The notes beneath the pieces are model-generated. The model made no database searches. It was not told the origin of the DNA and saw only the letters and a list, made by a program, of their open reading frames with translations. DNA of 64,000 nucleotides from the human T2T-CHM13v2.0 reference genome, Homo sapiens, in the NCBI RefSeq assembly GCF_009914755.1, contig NC_060937.1; one strand, given 5' to 3'. How positions within the stretch are numbered: position 1 is the first letter of the stretch; each line of letters starts with the position of its first letter. The translations under genes and the position numbers were made by a program. Positions 44,801 through 62,800 of the stretch are shown in pieces.

Positions 44801-47800
44801 ATTATATACAGTATATAAAATGTCAAATTACCCAAACTGTATATTATATACTGTACATAATATATCAAAGTACCCGAATATATAGCATACTGTACATAAA
44901 ATATCAAAGTACCCAAAGTGTGTATTATACACTGCACATAAAATATGAAGGTACATAAAATATATATTGTATTCTGTACATAAAATATCAAAGTACTCCA
45001 AATATATATTATATGCTGTACATAATATATTAAAGTCGCCCAAATATATATTATATACTGTACATAAAATATGAAGGTACATCAAATATATATTATATGC
45101 TGCACATAAAATATCAAAGTACCCAAAGTATGTGTTATATACTGTACATAAAATATCAAAGTACCCAAAGTATATATTATATACTGTACATAAAATATAA
45201 AATACCCCAAATATATATTATATGCTGTACATAAAATATCAAAGTACACAAAATATGTATTATATACTGTACATAAAATACCAAAGGACCCAAAATATAT
45301 ATTATATACTGTACATAAAATATCAAAATACCCAAAATATATATTATATACTGTACATAAAATACCAAAGTACCCAAAGTATATATTATATACCGTACAA
45401 AAAATATCAAAGTAGCCAAAATATGTATTATACACTGTACATAATATATGAAAGTACCCAAACATTTATAATAAACTGTACATAAAATATCAATGTACTC
45501 AAACTATATATTATGTGCGGTACATAAGATATCAAAGTACCCATACTATATAGTATATACTGTACTTAAAATATCAAAATACCCAAAATATATATTATAT
45601 ACGTTACATAAACTATCAAATACACAAAGTATGTATTATATACTGTACATAAAATAGCAAAGTTCCCAAAATATGTATTATATACTGTACATAAAATATG
45701 AAAGTACCCAACCATTTATAATAAACTCTACATAAAATACCAAAGTACCCAAACTGTGTATTATATACTGTCCATAAAATATCAAAGGACCCAAAATATA
45801 TATCGTAAACTCTACATAAAATATCAAAGTAGCCAAAATACATATTGTATACTGTACATAAAATATAAAAGTACCCCAAATATATATTATATACTGTACA
45901 TAAAATATCAAAGTACCCATAATACATATTATATACTGTACATAAAATATCAAAGGACCCAAAATAAACATTATATACTGTACATAAAATATCCAAATAC
46001 TCAAAATATATATTACATACTGTACATAAAATATCAAACTACCCAAATTATGTACTATATACTGTATGTAAAATATCAGAGTACCCAAAATATGCATTAT
46101 ATACTGTACATAAAATATGAAAGTAACAAAACATTTATAATAAACTGTACATAAAATATCAAAGTACTCAAACTATATATCATATACTGTACATAAAATA
46201 TCAAAGTACCCAAACTGTGTATTATTATATACTGTATATAAAATATCAAAGTACCTGAAATATATATTGTATACTGTACATAAAATATCAAAGTACCCAA
46301 AATATATACTATATACTGTACATAAAATATGAAGGTACATCAAATATATATTATATCCTGTACATAAAATAACAAAGTACACCTATTATATATTGTGTAC
46401 TGTACATAATATATTAAATCGCCCAAATATATATTGTATACTGTATATAAAATATGAAGGTACTTCAAATATATATTATATGCTGCACATAAAATATCAA
46501 AGTACCCAAGGTATGCATTACATACTGTACATAAAATATCAAAGTACACAAATTATATATTATATACTGTACATAAAATATGTAGGTTCATCAAATATAT
46601 TTTATATTCTGTACATAATATATCAAAGTACATCAAATATATGTTATATACGGTACATAAAATATCAAATTACCCAAAATATATATTATTTACTGTACAT
46701 AAAATATGAAAGTAACCAAACATTTATAATAAACTGTACATAAATTATCAAAGTACTCAATCTACATATTATATACAGTATATAAAATATCAAAGTACAC
46801 AAACTGTATATTATATACTGTACATAATATGTCAAAGTACCCAGAATATATAGCATACTGTACATACAATATCAAAGTACCCAAAATATATATTGTATAC
46901 TGTACATAAAATATGAAGGTACATCAAAGATATATTATATTCTGTACATAAAATATCAAAGTACACCAAATATATATTATATGCTGTACATAATATATTA
47001 AAGTTGCCCATGTATACATTTTATACTGTACATAAAATATGAAGGTACATCAAATATATAGTATATGCTGCACATAAAATATCAAAGTACCCAAAGTATG
47101 TATTATATACTGTACATAAAATATCAAAGTACCAAAAGTATATATTACCTACTGTAAATAAAATGTGAAGATACCTCAAATATATATTATATTCTGTACA
47201 TGAAATATCAAAGTACACCAAGTATATACTATATACTCTACATAAAATATTAAATTACCCAAAATATGTATTGTATTGTGTACATAAAATATGAAAATAA
47301 CCAAACATTTATAATAAACTGTACATAAAATATCAAAGTACTCAAACTTTATATTATATACTGTACATAAAGTATCAAAGTACCCAAACTGTGTAGTATA
47401 TACTGTACATAAAATATCAAGGTACCCAAAATGTATATTGTAAACTGTAGATAAAATATCAAAGTACCCAAAATATATATTATATACTGTACATAAAATA
47501 TGAAGGCACATCCAATATATATTATATTCTGTACATAAAATATCAAAGTACACCAAATGTATATTATATACTGTACATAAAATATAAAACTACCCCAAAT
47601 ATATATTATATACTCTACATAAAATATCAAAGTACCCAAAATATATATTATATACTGTACATAATATATCAAAGTACCCATAGTATGTATTATATCCTGT
47701 ACATAAAATATGAAAGTACGTCAAATATATATTCTATTCTGCACATAAAATATCATATTGCACCAAATATATATTGTATACTGTATATAAAATATGAAGG

Positions 47801-50800
47801 TACTTCAAATATATATTATATGCTGCACATAAAATATCAAAGTACCCAAAGTATGCATTATATACTGTACATAAAATATCAAAGTACCCAAAGTGTATAT
47901 TATATACTGTACATAAAATATGAAGGTTCATCAAATATATTTTATATTCTGCACATAATATATCAAAGTACAGCAAATATATATTATATACTGTACATAA
48001 AATAACAAAGTAACAAAAATATGTATTATATACTGTACATAAAATATGAAAGTAACCAAATATTTATAATAAACTGTATATAAAATATCAAAGTACTCAA
48101 ACTACATATTATATACAGTATATAAAATATCAAAGTACCCAAACTATATATTATATACTGTACATACTATATCAAAGTACCCGAATATAGAGCATACTGT
48201 ACATAAAATATCAAATTACCCAAAATATATATTGTATACTGTACATAAAATATGAAGGTACATCAAAGATATATTATATTCTGTACATAAAATATCAAAG
48301 TACACCAAATATATATTATATGCTGTACAGAATATATTAAAGTCGACCAAATGTATACTATATACTGTACATAAAATATGAAGGTACATCAAATATATAT
48401 TATATGCTGCACATAAAATATCAAAGTACCCAAAGTATGTGTTATATACTGTACATAAAATATCAAAGTACCCAAAGTATATATTATATACTGTACATAA
48501 AATATAAAATACCCCAAATACATATTATATGCTGTACATAAAATATCAAAGTACACAAAATATGCATTATGTACTGTACATAAATTATCAAAGGACCCAA
48601 AATATATATTATATAATGTACATAAAATATCAAAATACCCAAAATATATATTATATACTGTACATAAAATACCAAAGTACCCAAAGTATATATTATATAC
48701 TGTATAAAAAATATCAAAGTAGCCAAAATATGTATTATACACTGTACATAATATATGAAAGTACCCAAATATTTATAATAAACTGTACATAAAATATCAA
48801 TGTACTCAAACTATATATTATGTGCGGTACTTAAGATATCAAAGTACCCATACTATATAGTATGTACTGTACTTAAAATATCAAAATACCCAAAATATAT
48901 ATTATATACGTTACATAAACTATCAAATACACAAAGTATGTATTACATACTGTACATAAAATAGCAAAGTTCCCAAAATATGTATTATATACTGTACATA
49001 AAATATGAAAGTACCCAACCATTTATAATAAACTCTACATAAAATACCAAAGTACCCAAACTGTGTATTATATACTCTCCATAAAATATCAAAGTACCCA
49101 AAATATATATTGTCAACTGTACATAAAATATCAAAGTACTCAATCTACATATTATATACAGTATATAAAATATCAAAGTACACAAACTGTATATTATATA
49201 CTGTACATAATATATCAAAGTACCCAGAATATATAGCATACTGTACTTAAAATATCAAAGTACCCAAAATATATATTGTATACTGTACATAAAATATGAA
49301 GGTACATCAAAGATATATTATATTCTGTACATAAAATATCAAAGTACACCAAATATATATTATATGCTGTACATAATATATTAAAGTTGCCCATATATAC
49401 ATTATATACTGTACATAAAATATGAACGTACATCAAATATATAGTATATGCTGCACATAAAATATCAAAGTACCCAAAGTATGTATTATACACTGTACAT
49501 AAAATATCAAAGTACCAAAAGTATATATTACATACTGTAAATAAAATATGAAGGTACCTCAAATATATATTATATTCTGTACATAAAATATCAAAGTACA
49601 CCAAGTATATACTATATACTCTGCATAAAATATTAAATTACCCAAAATATGTATTGCATTGTGTACATAAAATATGAAAGTAACCAAACATTTATAATAA
49701 ACTGTACATAAAATATCAAAGTACTCAAACTGTATATTATATACTGTACATAAAGTATCAAAGTACCCAAACTGTGTAGTATATACTGTACATAAAATAT
49801 CAAGGTACCCAAAATATATATTGTAAACTGTAGATAAAATATAAAAGTACCCAAAATATATATTATATACTGTACATAAAATATGAAGGCACATCCAATA
49901 TATATTATATTCTGTACATAAAATATCAAAGTACACCAAATGTATATTATATACTGTACATAAAATATCAAAGTACCCAAAGTGTATATTATATACTGTA
50001 CATAAACTATGAAGGTTCATCAAATATATTTTATATTCTGCACATAATATATCAAAGTACAGCAAATATATATTATATACTGTACATAAAATATCAAAGT
50101 ACCCAAAATATGTATTATATACTGTACATAAAATATGAAAGTAACCAAACATTTATAATAAACTGTACATAAAGTATCAAAGTAGTCAAACTACATATTA
50201 TATACAGTATATAAAATGTCAAAGTACCCAAACTGTATATTATATACTGTACATAATATATCAAAGTACCCGAATATATAGCATACTGTACATAAAATAT
50301 CAAAGTACCCAAAGTGTGTATTATACACTGCACATAAAATATGAAGGTACATAAAATATATATTGTATTCTGTACATAAAATATCAAAGTACTCCAAATA
50401 TATATTATATGCTGTACATAATATATTAAAGTCGCCCAAATATATATTATATACTGTACATAAAATATGAAGGTACATCAAATATATATTATATGCTGCA
50501 CATAAAATATCAAAGTACCCAAAGTATGTGTTATATACTGTACATAAAATATCAAAGTACCCAAAGTATATATTATATACTGTACATAAAATATAAAATA
50601 CCCCAAATATATATTATATGCTGTACATAAAATATCAAAGTACACAAAATATGTATTATATACTGTACATAAAATACCAAAGGACCCAAAATATATATTA
50701 TATACTGTACATAAAATATCAAAATACCCAAAATATATATTATATACTGTACATAAAATACCAAAGTACCCAAAGTATATATTATATACCGTACAAAAAA

Positions 50801-53800
50801 TATCAAAGTAGCCAAAATATGTATTATACACTGTACATAATATATGAAAGTACCCAAACATTTATAATAAACTGTACATAAAATATCAATGTACTCAAAC
50901 TATATATTATGTGCGGTACATAAGATATCAAATTACCCATACTATATAGTATATACTGTACTGAAAATATCAAAATACCCAAAATATATATTATATACGT
51001 TACATAAACTATCAAATACACAAAGTATGTATTATATACTGTACATAAAATAGCAAAGTTCCCAAAATATGTATTATATATATTATAAATATGTACATAA
51101 AATATGAAAGTACCCAACCATTTATAATAAACTCTACATAAAACACCACAGTACCCAAACTGTGTATTATATACTGTCCATAAAATATCAAAGTACCCAA
51201 AATATATATTGTAAACTCTACATAAAATATCAAAGTAGCCAAAATACATATTGTATACTGTACATAAAATATAAAAGTACCCCAAATATATATTATATAC
51301 TGTACATAAAATATCAAAGTACCCATAATACATATTATATACTGTACATAAAATATCAAAGGACCCAAAATAAACATTATATACTGTACATAAAATATCC
51401 AAATACTCAAAATATATATTACATACTGTACATAAAATATCAAAGTACCCAAATTATGTATTATATACTGTACGTAAAATATCAGAGTACCCAAAATATG
51501 CATTATATACTGTACATAAAATATGAAAGTAACAAAACATTTATAATAAACTGTACATAAAATATCAAAGTACTCAAACTATATATCATATACTGTACAT
51601 AAAATATCAAAGTACCCAAACTGTGTATTATTATATACTGTATATAAAATATCAAAGTACCTGAAATATATATTGTATACTGTACATAAAATATCAAAGT
51701 ACACAAAATATATACTATATACTGTACATAAAATATGAAGGTACATCAAATATATATTATATCCTGTACATAAAATATCAAAGTACACCTATTATATATT
51801 GTTTACTGTACATAATATATTAAATCGCCCAAATATATATTGTATACTGTATATAAAATATGAAGGTACTTCAAATATATATTATAAGCTGCACATAAAA
51901 TATCAAAGTACCCAAGGTATGCATTACATACTGTACATAAAATATCAAAGTACACAAATTATATATTATATACTGTACATAAAATATGTAGGTTCATCAA
52001 ATATATTTTATATTCTGTACATAATATATCAAAGTACATCAAATATATATTATATACGGTACATAAAATATCAAATTACCCAAAATATGCATTATTTACT
52101 GTACATAAAATATGAAAGTAACCAAACATTTATAATAAACTGTACATAAATTATCAAAGTACTCAATCTACATATTATATACAGTATATAAAATATCAAA
52201 GTACACAAACTGTATATTATATACTGTACATAATATGTCAAAGTACCCAGAATATATAGCATACTGTACATACAATATCAAAGTACCCAGAATGTATATT
52301 CTATACTGTACATAAAATATGATGGTACATCAAAGATATATTATATTCTGTACATAAAATATCAAAGTACACCAAATATATATTATATGCTGTACATAAT
52401 ATATTAAAGTTGCCCATGTATACATTTTATACTGTACATAAAATATGAAGGTACATCAAATATATACTATATGCTGCACATAAAATATCAAAGTATCCAA
52501 AGTATGTATTATATACTGTACATAAAATATCAAAGTACCAAAAGTATATATTACCTACTGTAAATAAAATATGAAGGTACCTCAAATATATATTATATTC
52601 TGTACATGAAATATCAAAGTACACCAAGTATATACTATATACTCTACATAAAATATTAAATTACCCAAAATATGTATTGTATTGTGTACATAAATTATGA
52701 AAGTAACCAAACATTTATAATAAACTGTACATAAAATATCAAAGTACTCAAACATTATATTATATACTGTACATAAAGTATCAAAGTACCCAAACTGTGT
52801 AGTATATACTGTACATAAAATATCAAGGTACCCAAAATGTATATTGTAAACTGTAGATAAAATATCAAAGTACCCAAAATATATATTATATACTGTACAT
52901 AAAATATGAAGGCACATCCAATATATATTATATTCTGTACATAAAATATCAAAGTACACCAAATGTATATTATATACTGTACATAAAATAAAAAACTACC
53001 CCAAATATATATTATATACTCTACATAAAATATCAAAGTACCCAAAATATATATTATACACTGTACATAAAATATCAAAGTACCCATAGTATGTATTATA
53101 TCCTGTACATAAAATATGAAGGTACATCAAATATATATTCTATTCTGCACATAAAATATCATATTGCACCAAATATATATTGTATACTGTATATAAAATA
53201 TGAAGGTACTTCAAATATATATTATATGCTGCACATAAAATATCAAAGTACCCAAAGTATGCATTACATACTGTACATAAAATATCAAAGTACCCAAAGT
53301 GTATATTATATACTGTACATAAAATATGAAGGTTCATCAAATATATTTTATATTCTGCACATAATATATCAAAGTACAGCAAATATATATTATATACTGT
53401 ACATAAAATAACAAAGTACCAAAAATATGTATTATATACTGTACATAAAATATGAAAGTAACAAAATATTTATAATAAACTGTATATAAAATATCAAAGT
53501 ACTCAAACTACATATTATATACAGTATATAAAATATCAAAGTACCCAAACTGTATATTATATACTGTACATACTATATCAAAGTACCCGAATATATAGCA
53601 TACTGTACATAAAATATCAAAGTACCCAAAATATATATTGTATACTGTACATAAAATATGAAGGTACATCTAAGATATATTATATTCTGTACATAAAATA
53701 TCAAATTACACCAAATATATATTATATGCTGTACATAATATATTAAAGTCGACCAAATATATATTATATACTGTACATAAAATATGAAGATACATCAAAT

Positions 53801-56800
53801 ATATATTATATGCTGCACATAAAATATCAAAGTACCCAAAGTATGTATTATACACTGTACATAAAATATCAAAGTACCAAAAGTATATATTACATACTGT
53901 AAATAAAATATGAAGGTACCTCAAATATATATTATATTCTGTACATAAAATGTCAAAGTACACCAAGTATATACTATATACTCTGCATAAAATATTAAAT
54001 TACCCAAAATATGTATTGTATTGTGTACATAAAATATGAAAGTAACCAAACATTTATAATAAACTGTACATAAAATATCAAAGTACTCAAACTGTATATT
54101 ATATACTGTACATAAAGTATCAAAGTACCCAAACTGTGTAGTATATACTGTACATAAAATATCAAGGTACCCAAAATATATATTGTAAACTGTAGATAAA
54201 ATATCAAAATACCCAAACTATATATTATATACTGTACATAAAATATGAAGGCACATCAAATATATATTATATTCTGTACATGAAATATCAAAGTACACCA
54301 AATGTATATTATATACTGTACATAAAATATCAAAGTACCCAAAGTGTATATTATATACTGTACATAAAATATGAAGGTTCATCAAATATATTTTATATTC
54401 TGCACATAATATATCAAAGTACAGCAAATATATATTATATACTGTACATAAAATATCAAAGTACCCAAAATATGTATTATATACTGTACATAAAATATGA
54501 AAGTAACCAAACATTTATAATAAACTGTACATAAAGTAACAAAGTACTCAAACTACATATTATATACAGTATATAAAATGCCAAAGTACCCAAACTGTAT
54601 ATTATATACTGTACATAATATATCAAAGTACCCGAATATATAGCATACTGTACATAAAATATCAAAGTACCCAAAGTGTGTATTATACACTGCACATAAA
54701 ATATGAAGGTACATAAAATATATATTGTATTCTGTATATAAAATATCAAAGTACTCCAAATATATATTATATGCTGTACATAATATATTAAAGTCGCCCA
54801 AATATATATTATATACTGTACATAAAATATGAAGGTACATCAAATATATATTATATGCTGCACATAAAATATCAAAGTACCCAAAGTATATATTATATAC
54901 CGTACAAAAAATATCAAAGTAGCCAAAATATGTATTATACACTGTACATAATATATGAAAGTACCCAAACATTTATAATAAACTGTACATAAAATATCAA
55001 TGTACTCAAACTATATATTATGTGCGCTACATAAGATATCAAAGTACCCATACTATATAGTATATACTGTACTTAAAATATCAAAATACCCAAAATATAT
55101 ATTATATACGTTACATAAACTATCAAATACACAAAGTATGTATCATATACTGTACATAAAATAGCAAAGTTCCCAAAATATGTATTATATACTGTACATA
55201 AAATATGAAAGTACCCAACCATTTATAATAAAGTCTACATAAAATACCAAAGTACCCAAACTGTGTATTATATACTGTCCATAAAATATCAAAGGACCCA
55301 AAATATATATCGTAAACTCTACATAAAATATCAAAGTAGCCAAAATACATATTGTATACTGTACATAAAATATAAAAGTACCCCAAATATATATTATATA
55401 CTGTACATAAAATATCAAAGTACCCATAATACATATTATATACTGTACATAAAATATCAAAGGACCCAAAATAAACATTATATACTGTACATAAAATATC
55501 CAAATACTCAAAATATATATTACATACTGTACATAAAATATCAAAGTACCCAAATTATGTATTATATACTGTACGTAAAATATCAGAGTACCCAAAATAT
55601 GCATTATATACTGTACATAAAATATGAAAGTAACAAAACATTTATAATAAACTGTACATAAAATATCAAAGTACTCAAACTATATATCATATACTGTACA
55701 TAAAATATCAAAGTACCCAAACTGTGTATTATTACATACTGTATATAAAATATCAAAGTACCTGAAATATATATTTTATACTGTACATAAAATATCAAAG
55801 TACCCAAAATATATACTATATACTGTACATAAAATATGAAGGTACATCAAATATATATTATATCCTGTACATAAAATATCAAAGTACTCCTATTATATAT
55901 TGTGTACTGTACATAATATATTAAATCGCCCAAATATATATTGTATACTGTATATAAAATATGAAGGTACTTCAAATATATATTATATGCTGCACATAAA
56001 ATATCAAAGTACCCAAAGTATGCATTACATACTGTACATAAAATATCAAAGTACACAAATTATATATTATATTCTGTACACAAAATATGTAGGTTCATCA
56101 AATATATTTTATATTCTGTACATAATATATCAAAGTACATCAAATATATATTATATACGGTACATAAAATATCAAAGTACCCAAAATATGTACTATTTAC
56201 TGTACATAAAATATGAAAGTAACCAAACTTTTATAATAAACTGTACATAAAATATCAAAGTACTCAATCTACATATTATATACAGTATATAAAATATCAA
56301 AGTACACAAACTGTATATTATATACTGTACATAATATATCAAAGTACCCAGAATATATAGCATACTGTACATACAATATCAAAGTACCCAGAATGTATAT
56401 TGTATACTGTACATAAAATATGAAGGTACATCAAAGATATATTATATTCTGTACATAAAATATCAAAGTACACCAAATATATATTATATGCTGTACATAA
56501 TATATTAAAGTTGCCCATATATACATTTTATACTGTACATAAAATATGAAGGTACATCAAATATATAGTATATGCTGCACATAAAATATCAAAGTACCCA
56601 AAGTATGTATTATATACTGTACATAAAATATCAAAGTACCAAAAGTATATATTACCTACTGTAAATAAAATATGAAGATACCTCAAATATATATTATATT
56701 CTGTACATGAAATATCAAAGTACACCAAGTATATACTATATACTCTACATAAAATATTAAATTACCCACAATATGTATTGTATTGTGTACATAAAATATG

Positions 56801-59800
56801 AAAGTAACCAAACATTTATAATAAACTGTACATAAAATATCAAAGTACTCAAACTTTATATTATATACTGTACATAAAGTATCAAAGTACCCAAACTGTG
56901 TAGTATATACTGTACATAAAATATCAAGGTACCCAAAATGTATATTGTAAACTGTAGATAAAATATCAAAGTACCCAAAATATATATTATATACTGTACA
57001 TAAAATATGAAGGCACATCCAATATATATTATATTCTGTACATAAAATATCAAAGTACACCAAATGTATATTATATACTGTACATAAAATATAAAACTAC
57101 CCCAAATATATCTTATATACTGTACATAAAATATCAAAGTACCCAAAATATATATTATATACTGTACATAATATATCAAAGTACCCATAGTATGTATTAT
57201 ATCCTGTACATAAAATATGAAAGTACGTCAAATATATATTCTATTCTGCACATAAAATATCATATTGCACCAAATATATATTGTATACTGTATATAAAAT
57301 ATGAAGGTACTTCAAATATATATTATATGCTGAACATAAAATATCAAAGTACCCAAAGTATGCATTATATACTGTACATAAAATATCAAAGTACCCAAAG
57401 TGTATATTATATACTGTACATAAAATATGAAGGTTCATCAAATATATTTTATATTCTGCACATAATATATCAAAGTACAGCAAATATATATTATATACTG
57501 TACATAAAATAACAAAGTACCAAAAATATGTATTATATACTGTACATAAAATATGAAAGTAACCAAATATTTATAATAAACTGTATATAAAATATCAAAG
57601 TACTCAAACTACATATTATATACAGTATATAAAATATCAAAGTACCCAAACTATATATTATATACTGTACATACTATAGCAAAGTACCCGAATATATAGC
57701 ATACTGTACATAAAATATCAAATTACCCAAAATATATATTGTATACTGTACATAAAATATGAAGGTACATCAAAGATATATTATATTCTGTACATAAAAT
57801 ATCAAAGTACACCAAATATATATTATATGCTGTACAGAATATATTAAAGTCGACCAAATGTATATTATATACTGTACATAAAATATGAAGGTACATCAAA
57901 TATATATTATATGCTGCACATAAAATATCAAAGTACCCAAAGTATGTGTTATATACTGTACATAAAATATCAAAGTACCCAAAGTATATATTATATACTG
58001 TACATAAAATATAAAATACCCCAAATATATATTATATGCTGTACATAAAATATCAAAGTACACAAAATATGCATTATGTACTGTACATAAATTATCAAAG
58101 GACCCAAAATATATATTATATAGTGTACATAAAATATCAAAATACCCAAAATATACATTATATACTGTACATAAAATACCAAAGTACCCAAAGTATATAT
58201 TATATACTGTATAAAAAATATCAAAGTAGCCAAAATATGTATTATACACTGTACATAATATATGAAAGTACCCAAACATTTATAATAAACTGTACATAAA
58301 ATATCAATGTACTCAAACTATATATTATGTGCGGTACTTAAGATATCAAAGTACCCATACTATATAGTATGTACTGTACTTAAAATATCAAAATACCCAA
58401 AATATATATTATATACGTTACATAAACTATCAAATACACAAAGTATGTATTACATACTGTACATAAAATAGCAAAGTTCCCAAAATATGTATTATATACT
58501 GTACATAAAATATGAAAGTAACCAACCATTTATAATAAACTCTACATAAAATACCAAAGTACCCAAACTGTGTATTATATACTCTCCATAAAATATCAAA
58601 GTACCCAAAATATATATTGTCAACTGTACATAAAATATCAAAGTAGCCAAAATATATATAGTATACCGTACATAAAATATAAAAGTACCCCAAATATGTA
58701 TTATATACTGTACATAAAATATCAAAGTACCCAAAGTATATATTATATACTGTACATAAAATATAAAATACCCCAAATATATATTATATCCTGTACATAA
58801 AATATCAAAGTACCCAAAATATATATTGTAAACTGTACATAAAATATCAAAGTAGCCAAAATATATATTGTATACTGTCCATAAAATATAAAAGTACCCC
58901 AAATATGTATTATATACTGTACATAAAATATCAAAGTACCGATAATACATATTATATACTGTACATAAAATATCAGAGGACCCAAAATAAACATTATATA
59001 CTGTACATAAAATATCCAAATACTCACAATATATATTACATACTGTACATAAAATATCAAAGTACCCAAATTATGTATTATATACTGTACGTAAAATATC
59101 AGAGTACCCAAAATATGCATTATATACTGTACATAAAATATGAAAGTAACAAAACATTTATAATAAACTGTACATAAAATATCAAAGTACTCAAACTATA
59201 TATCATATACTGTACATAAAATATCAAAGTACCCAAACTGTGTATTATTATATACTGTATATAAAATATCAAAGTACCTGAAATATATATTGTATACTGT
59301 ACATAAAATATCAAAGTACCCAAAATATATACTATATACTGTACATAAAATATGAAGATACATCAAATATATATTATATCCTGTACATAAAATATCAAAG
59401 TACACCTATTATATATTGTGTACTGTACATAATATATTAAATCGCCCAAATATATATTGTATACTGTATATAAAATATGAAGGTACTTCAAATATATATT
59501 ATATGCTGCACATAAAATATCAAAGTACCCAAGGTATGCATTACATACTGTACATAAAATATCAAAGTACACATATTATATATTATATAATATACATAAA
59601 ATATGAAGGTTCATCAAATATATATTATATTCTGTACATAATATATCAAAGTACATCAAATATATATTATATACTGTACATAAAATATCAAAGTACCAAA
59701 AATATGTATTATATACTGTACATAAAATATGAAAGTAACCAAACATTTATAATAAACTGTACATAAAATATCAAAGTACTCAGTCTACATATTATATACA

Positions 59801-62800
59801 GTATATAAAATATCAAAGTACACACACTGTATATTATATACTGTACATAATATATCAAAATACCCAGAATATATAGCATACTGTACATAAAATATCAAAG
59901 TACCCAAAATATATATTGTATACTGTACATAAAATATGAAGGTACATCAAAGATATATTATATTCTGTACATAAAATATCAAACTACACCAAATATATAT
60001 TATATGCTGTACATAATATATTAAAGTTGCCCATATATACATTATATACTGTACTTAAAATATGAACGTACATCAAATATATAGTATATGCTGCACATAA
60101 AATATCAAAGTACCCAAAGTATGTATTATACACTGTACATAAAATATCAAAGTACCAAAAGTATATATTACATACTGTAAATAAAATATGAAGGTACCTC
60201 AAATATATATTATATTCTGTACATAAAACATCAAAGTACACCAAGTATATACTATATACTCTGCATAAAATATTAAATTACCCAAAATATGTATTGCATT
60301 GTGTACATAAAATATGAAAGTAACCAAACATTTATAATAAACTGTACATAAAATTTCAAAGTACTCAAACTGTATATTATATACTGTACATAAAGTATCA
60401 AAGTACCCAAACTGTGTAGTATATACTGTACATAAAATATCAAGGTACCCAAAATATATATTGTAAACTGTAGATAAAATATCAAAGTACCCAAAATATA
60501 TATTATATACTGTACATAAAATATGAAGGCACATCCAATATATACTATATTCTGTACATAAAATATCAAAGTACACCAAATGTATATTATATACTGTACA
60601 AAAAATATCAAAGTACCCAAAGTGTATATTATATACTGTACATAAAATATGAAGGTTCATCAAATATATTTTATATTCTGCACATAATATATCAAAGTAC
60701 AGCAAATATATATTATATACTGTACATAAAATACCAAAGTACCCAAAATATGTATTATATACTGTACATAAAATATGAAAGTAACCAAACATTTATAATA
60801 AACTGTACATAAAGTATCAAAGTACTCAAACTACATATTATATACAGTATATAAAATGTCAAAGTACCCAAACTGTATATTATATACTGTACATAATATA
60901 TCAAAGTACCCGAATATATAGCATACTGTACATAAAATATCAAGGTACCCAAAGTGTGTATTATACACTGCACATAAAATATGAAGGTACATAAAATATA
61001 TATTGTATTCTGTACATAAAATATCAAAGTACTCCAAATATATATTATATGCTGTACATAATATATTATAGTCGCCCAAATATATATTATATACTGTACA
61101 TAAAATATGAAGGTACATCAAATATATATTATATGCTGCACATAAAATATCAAAGTACCCAAAGTATGTGTTATATACTGTACATAAAATATCAAAGTAC
61201 CCAATGTATATATTATATACTGTACATAAAATATAAAATACCCCAAATATATATTATATGCTATACATAAAATATCAAAGTACACAAAATATGTATTATA
61301 TACTGTACATAAAATACCAAAGGACCCAAAATATATATTATATACTGTACATAAAATATCAAAATACCCAAAATATATATTATATACTGTACATAAAATA
61401 CCAAAGTACCCAAAGTATATATTATATACCGTACAAAAAATATCAAAGTAGCCAAAATATGTATTATACACTGTACATAATATATGAAAGTACCCAAACA
61501 TTTATAATAAACTGTACATAAAATATCAATGTACTCAAACTATATATTATCTGCGGTACATAAGATATCAAAGTACCCATACTATATAGTATATACTGTA
61601 CTTAAAATATCAAAATACCCAAAATATATATTATATACGTTACATAAACTATCAAATACACAAAGTATGTATTATATACTGTACATAAAATAGCAAAGTT
61701 CCCAAAATATGTATTATATATATTATAAATATGTACATAAAATATGAAAGTACCCAACCATTTATAATAAACTCTACATAAAACACCAAAGTACCCAAAC
61801 TGTGTATTATATACTGTCCATAAAATATCAAAGTACCCAAAATATATATTGTAAACTCTACATAAAATATCAAAGTAGCCAAAATACATATTGTATACTG
61901 TACATAAAATATAAAAGTACCCCAAATATATATTATATACTGTACATAAAATATCAAAGTACCCATAATACATATTATATACTGTACATAAAATATCAAA
62001 GGACCCAAAATAAACATTATATACTGTACATAAAATATCCAAATACTCAAAATATATATTACATACTGTACATAAAATATCAAAGTACCCAAATTATGTA
62101 CTATATACTGTACGTAAAATATCAGAGTACCCAAAATATGCATTATATACTGTACATAAAATATGAAAGTAACAAAACATTTATAATAAACTGTACATAA
62201 AATATCAAAGTACTCAAACTATATATCATATACTGTACATAAAATATCAAAGTACCCAAACTGTGTATTATTATATACTGTATATAAAATATCAAAGTAC
62301 CTGAAATATATATTGTATACTGTACATAAAATATCAAAGTACCCAAAATATATACTATATACTGTACATAAAATATGAAGGTACATCAAATATATATTAT
62401 ATCCTGTACATAAAATAACAAAGTACACCTATTATATATTGTGTACTGTACATAATATATTAAATCGCCCAAATATATATTGTATACTGTATATAAAATA
62501 TGAAGGTACTTCAAATATATATTATATGCTGCACATAAAATATCAAAGTACCCAAAGTATGCATTACATACTGTACATAAAATATCAAAGTACACAAATT
62601 ATATATTATATACTGTACATAAAATCTGTAGGTTCATCAAATATATTTTATATTCTGTACATAATATATCAAAGTACATCAAATATATATTATATACGGT
62701 ACATAAAATATCAAATTACCCAAAATATATATTATTTACTGTACATAAAATATGAAAGTAACCAAACATTTATAATAAACTGTACATAAATTATCAAAGT

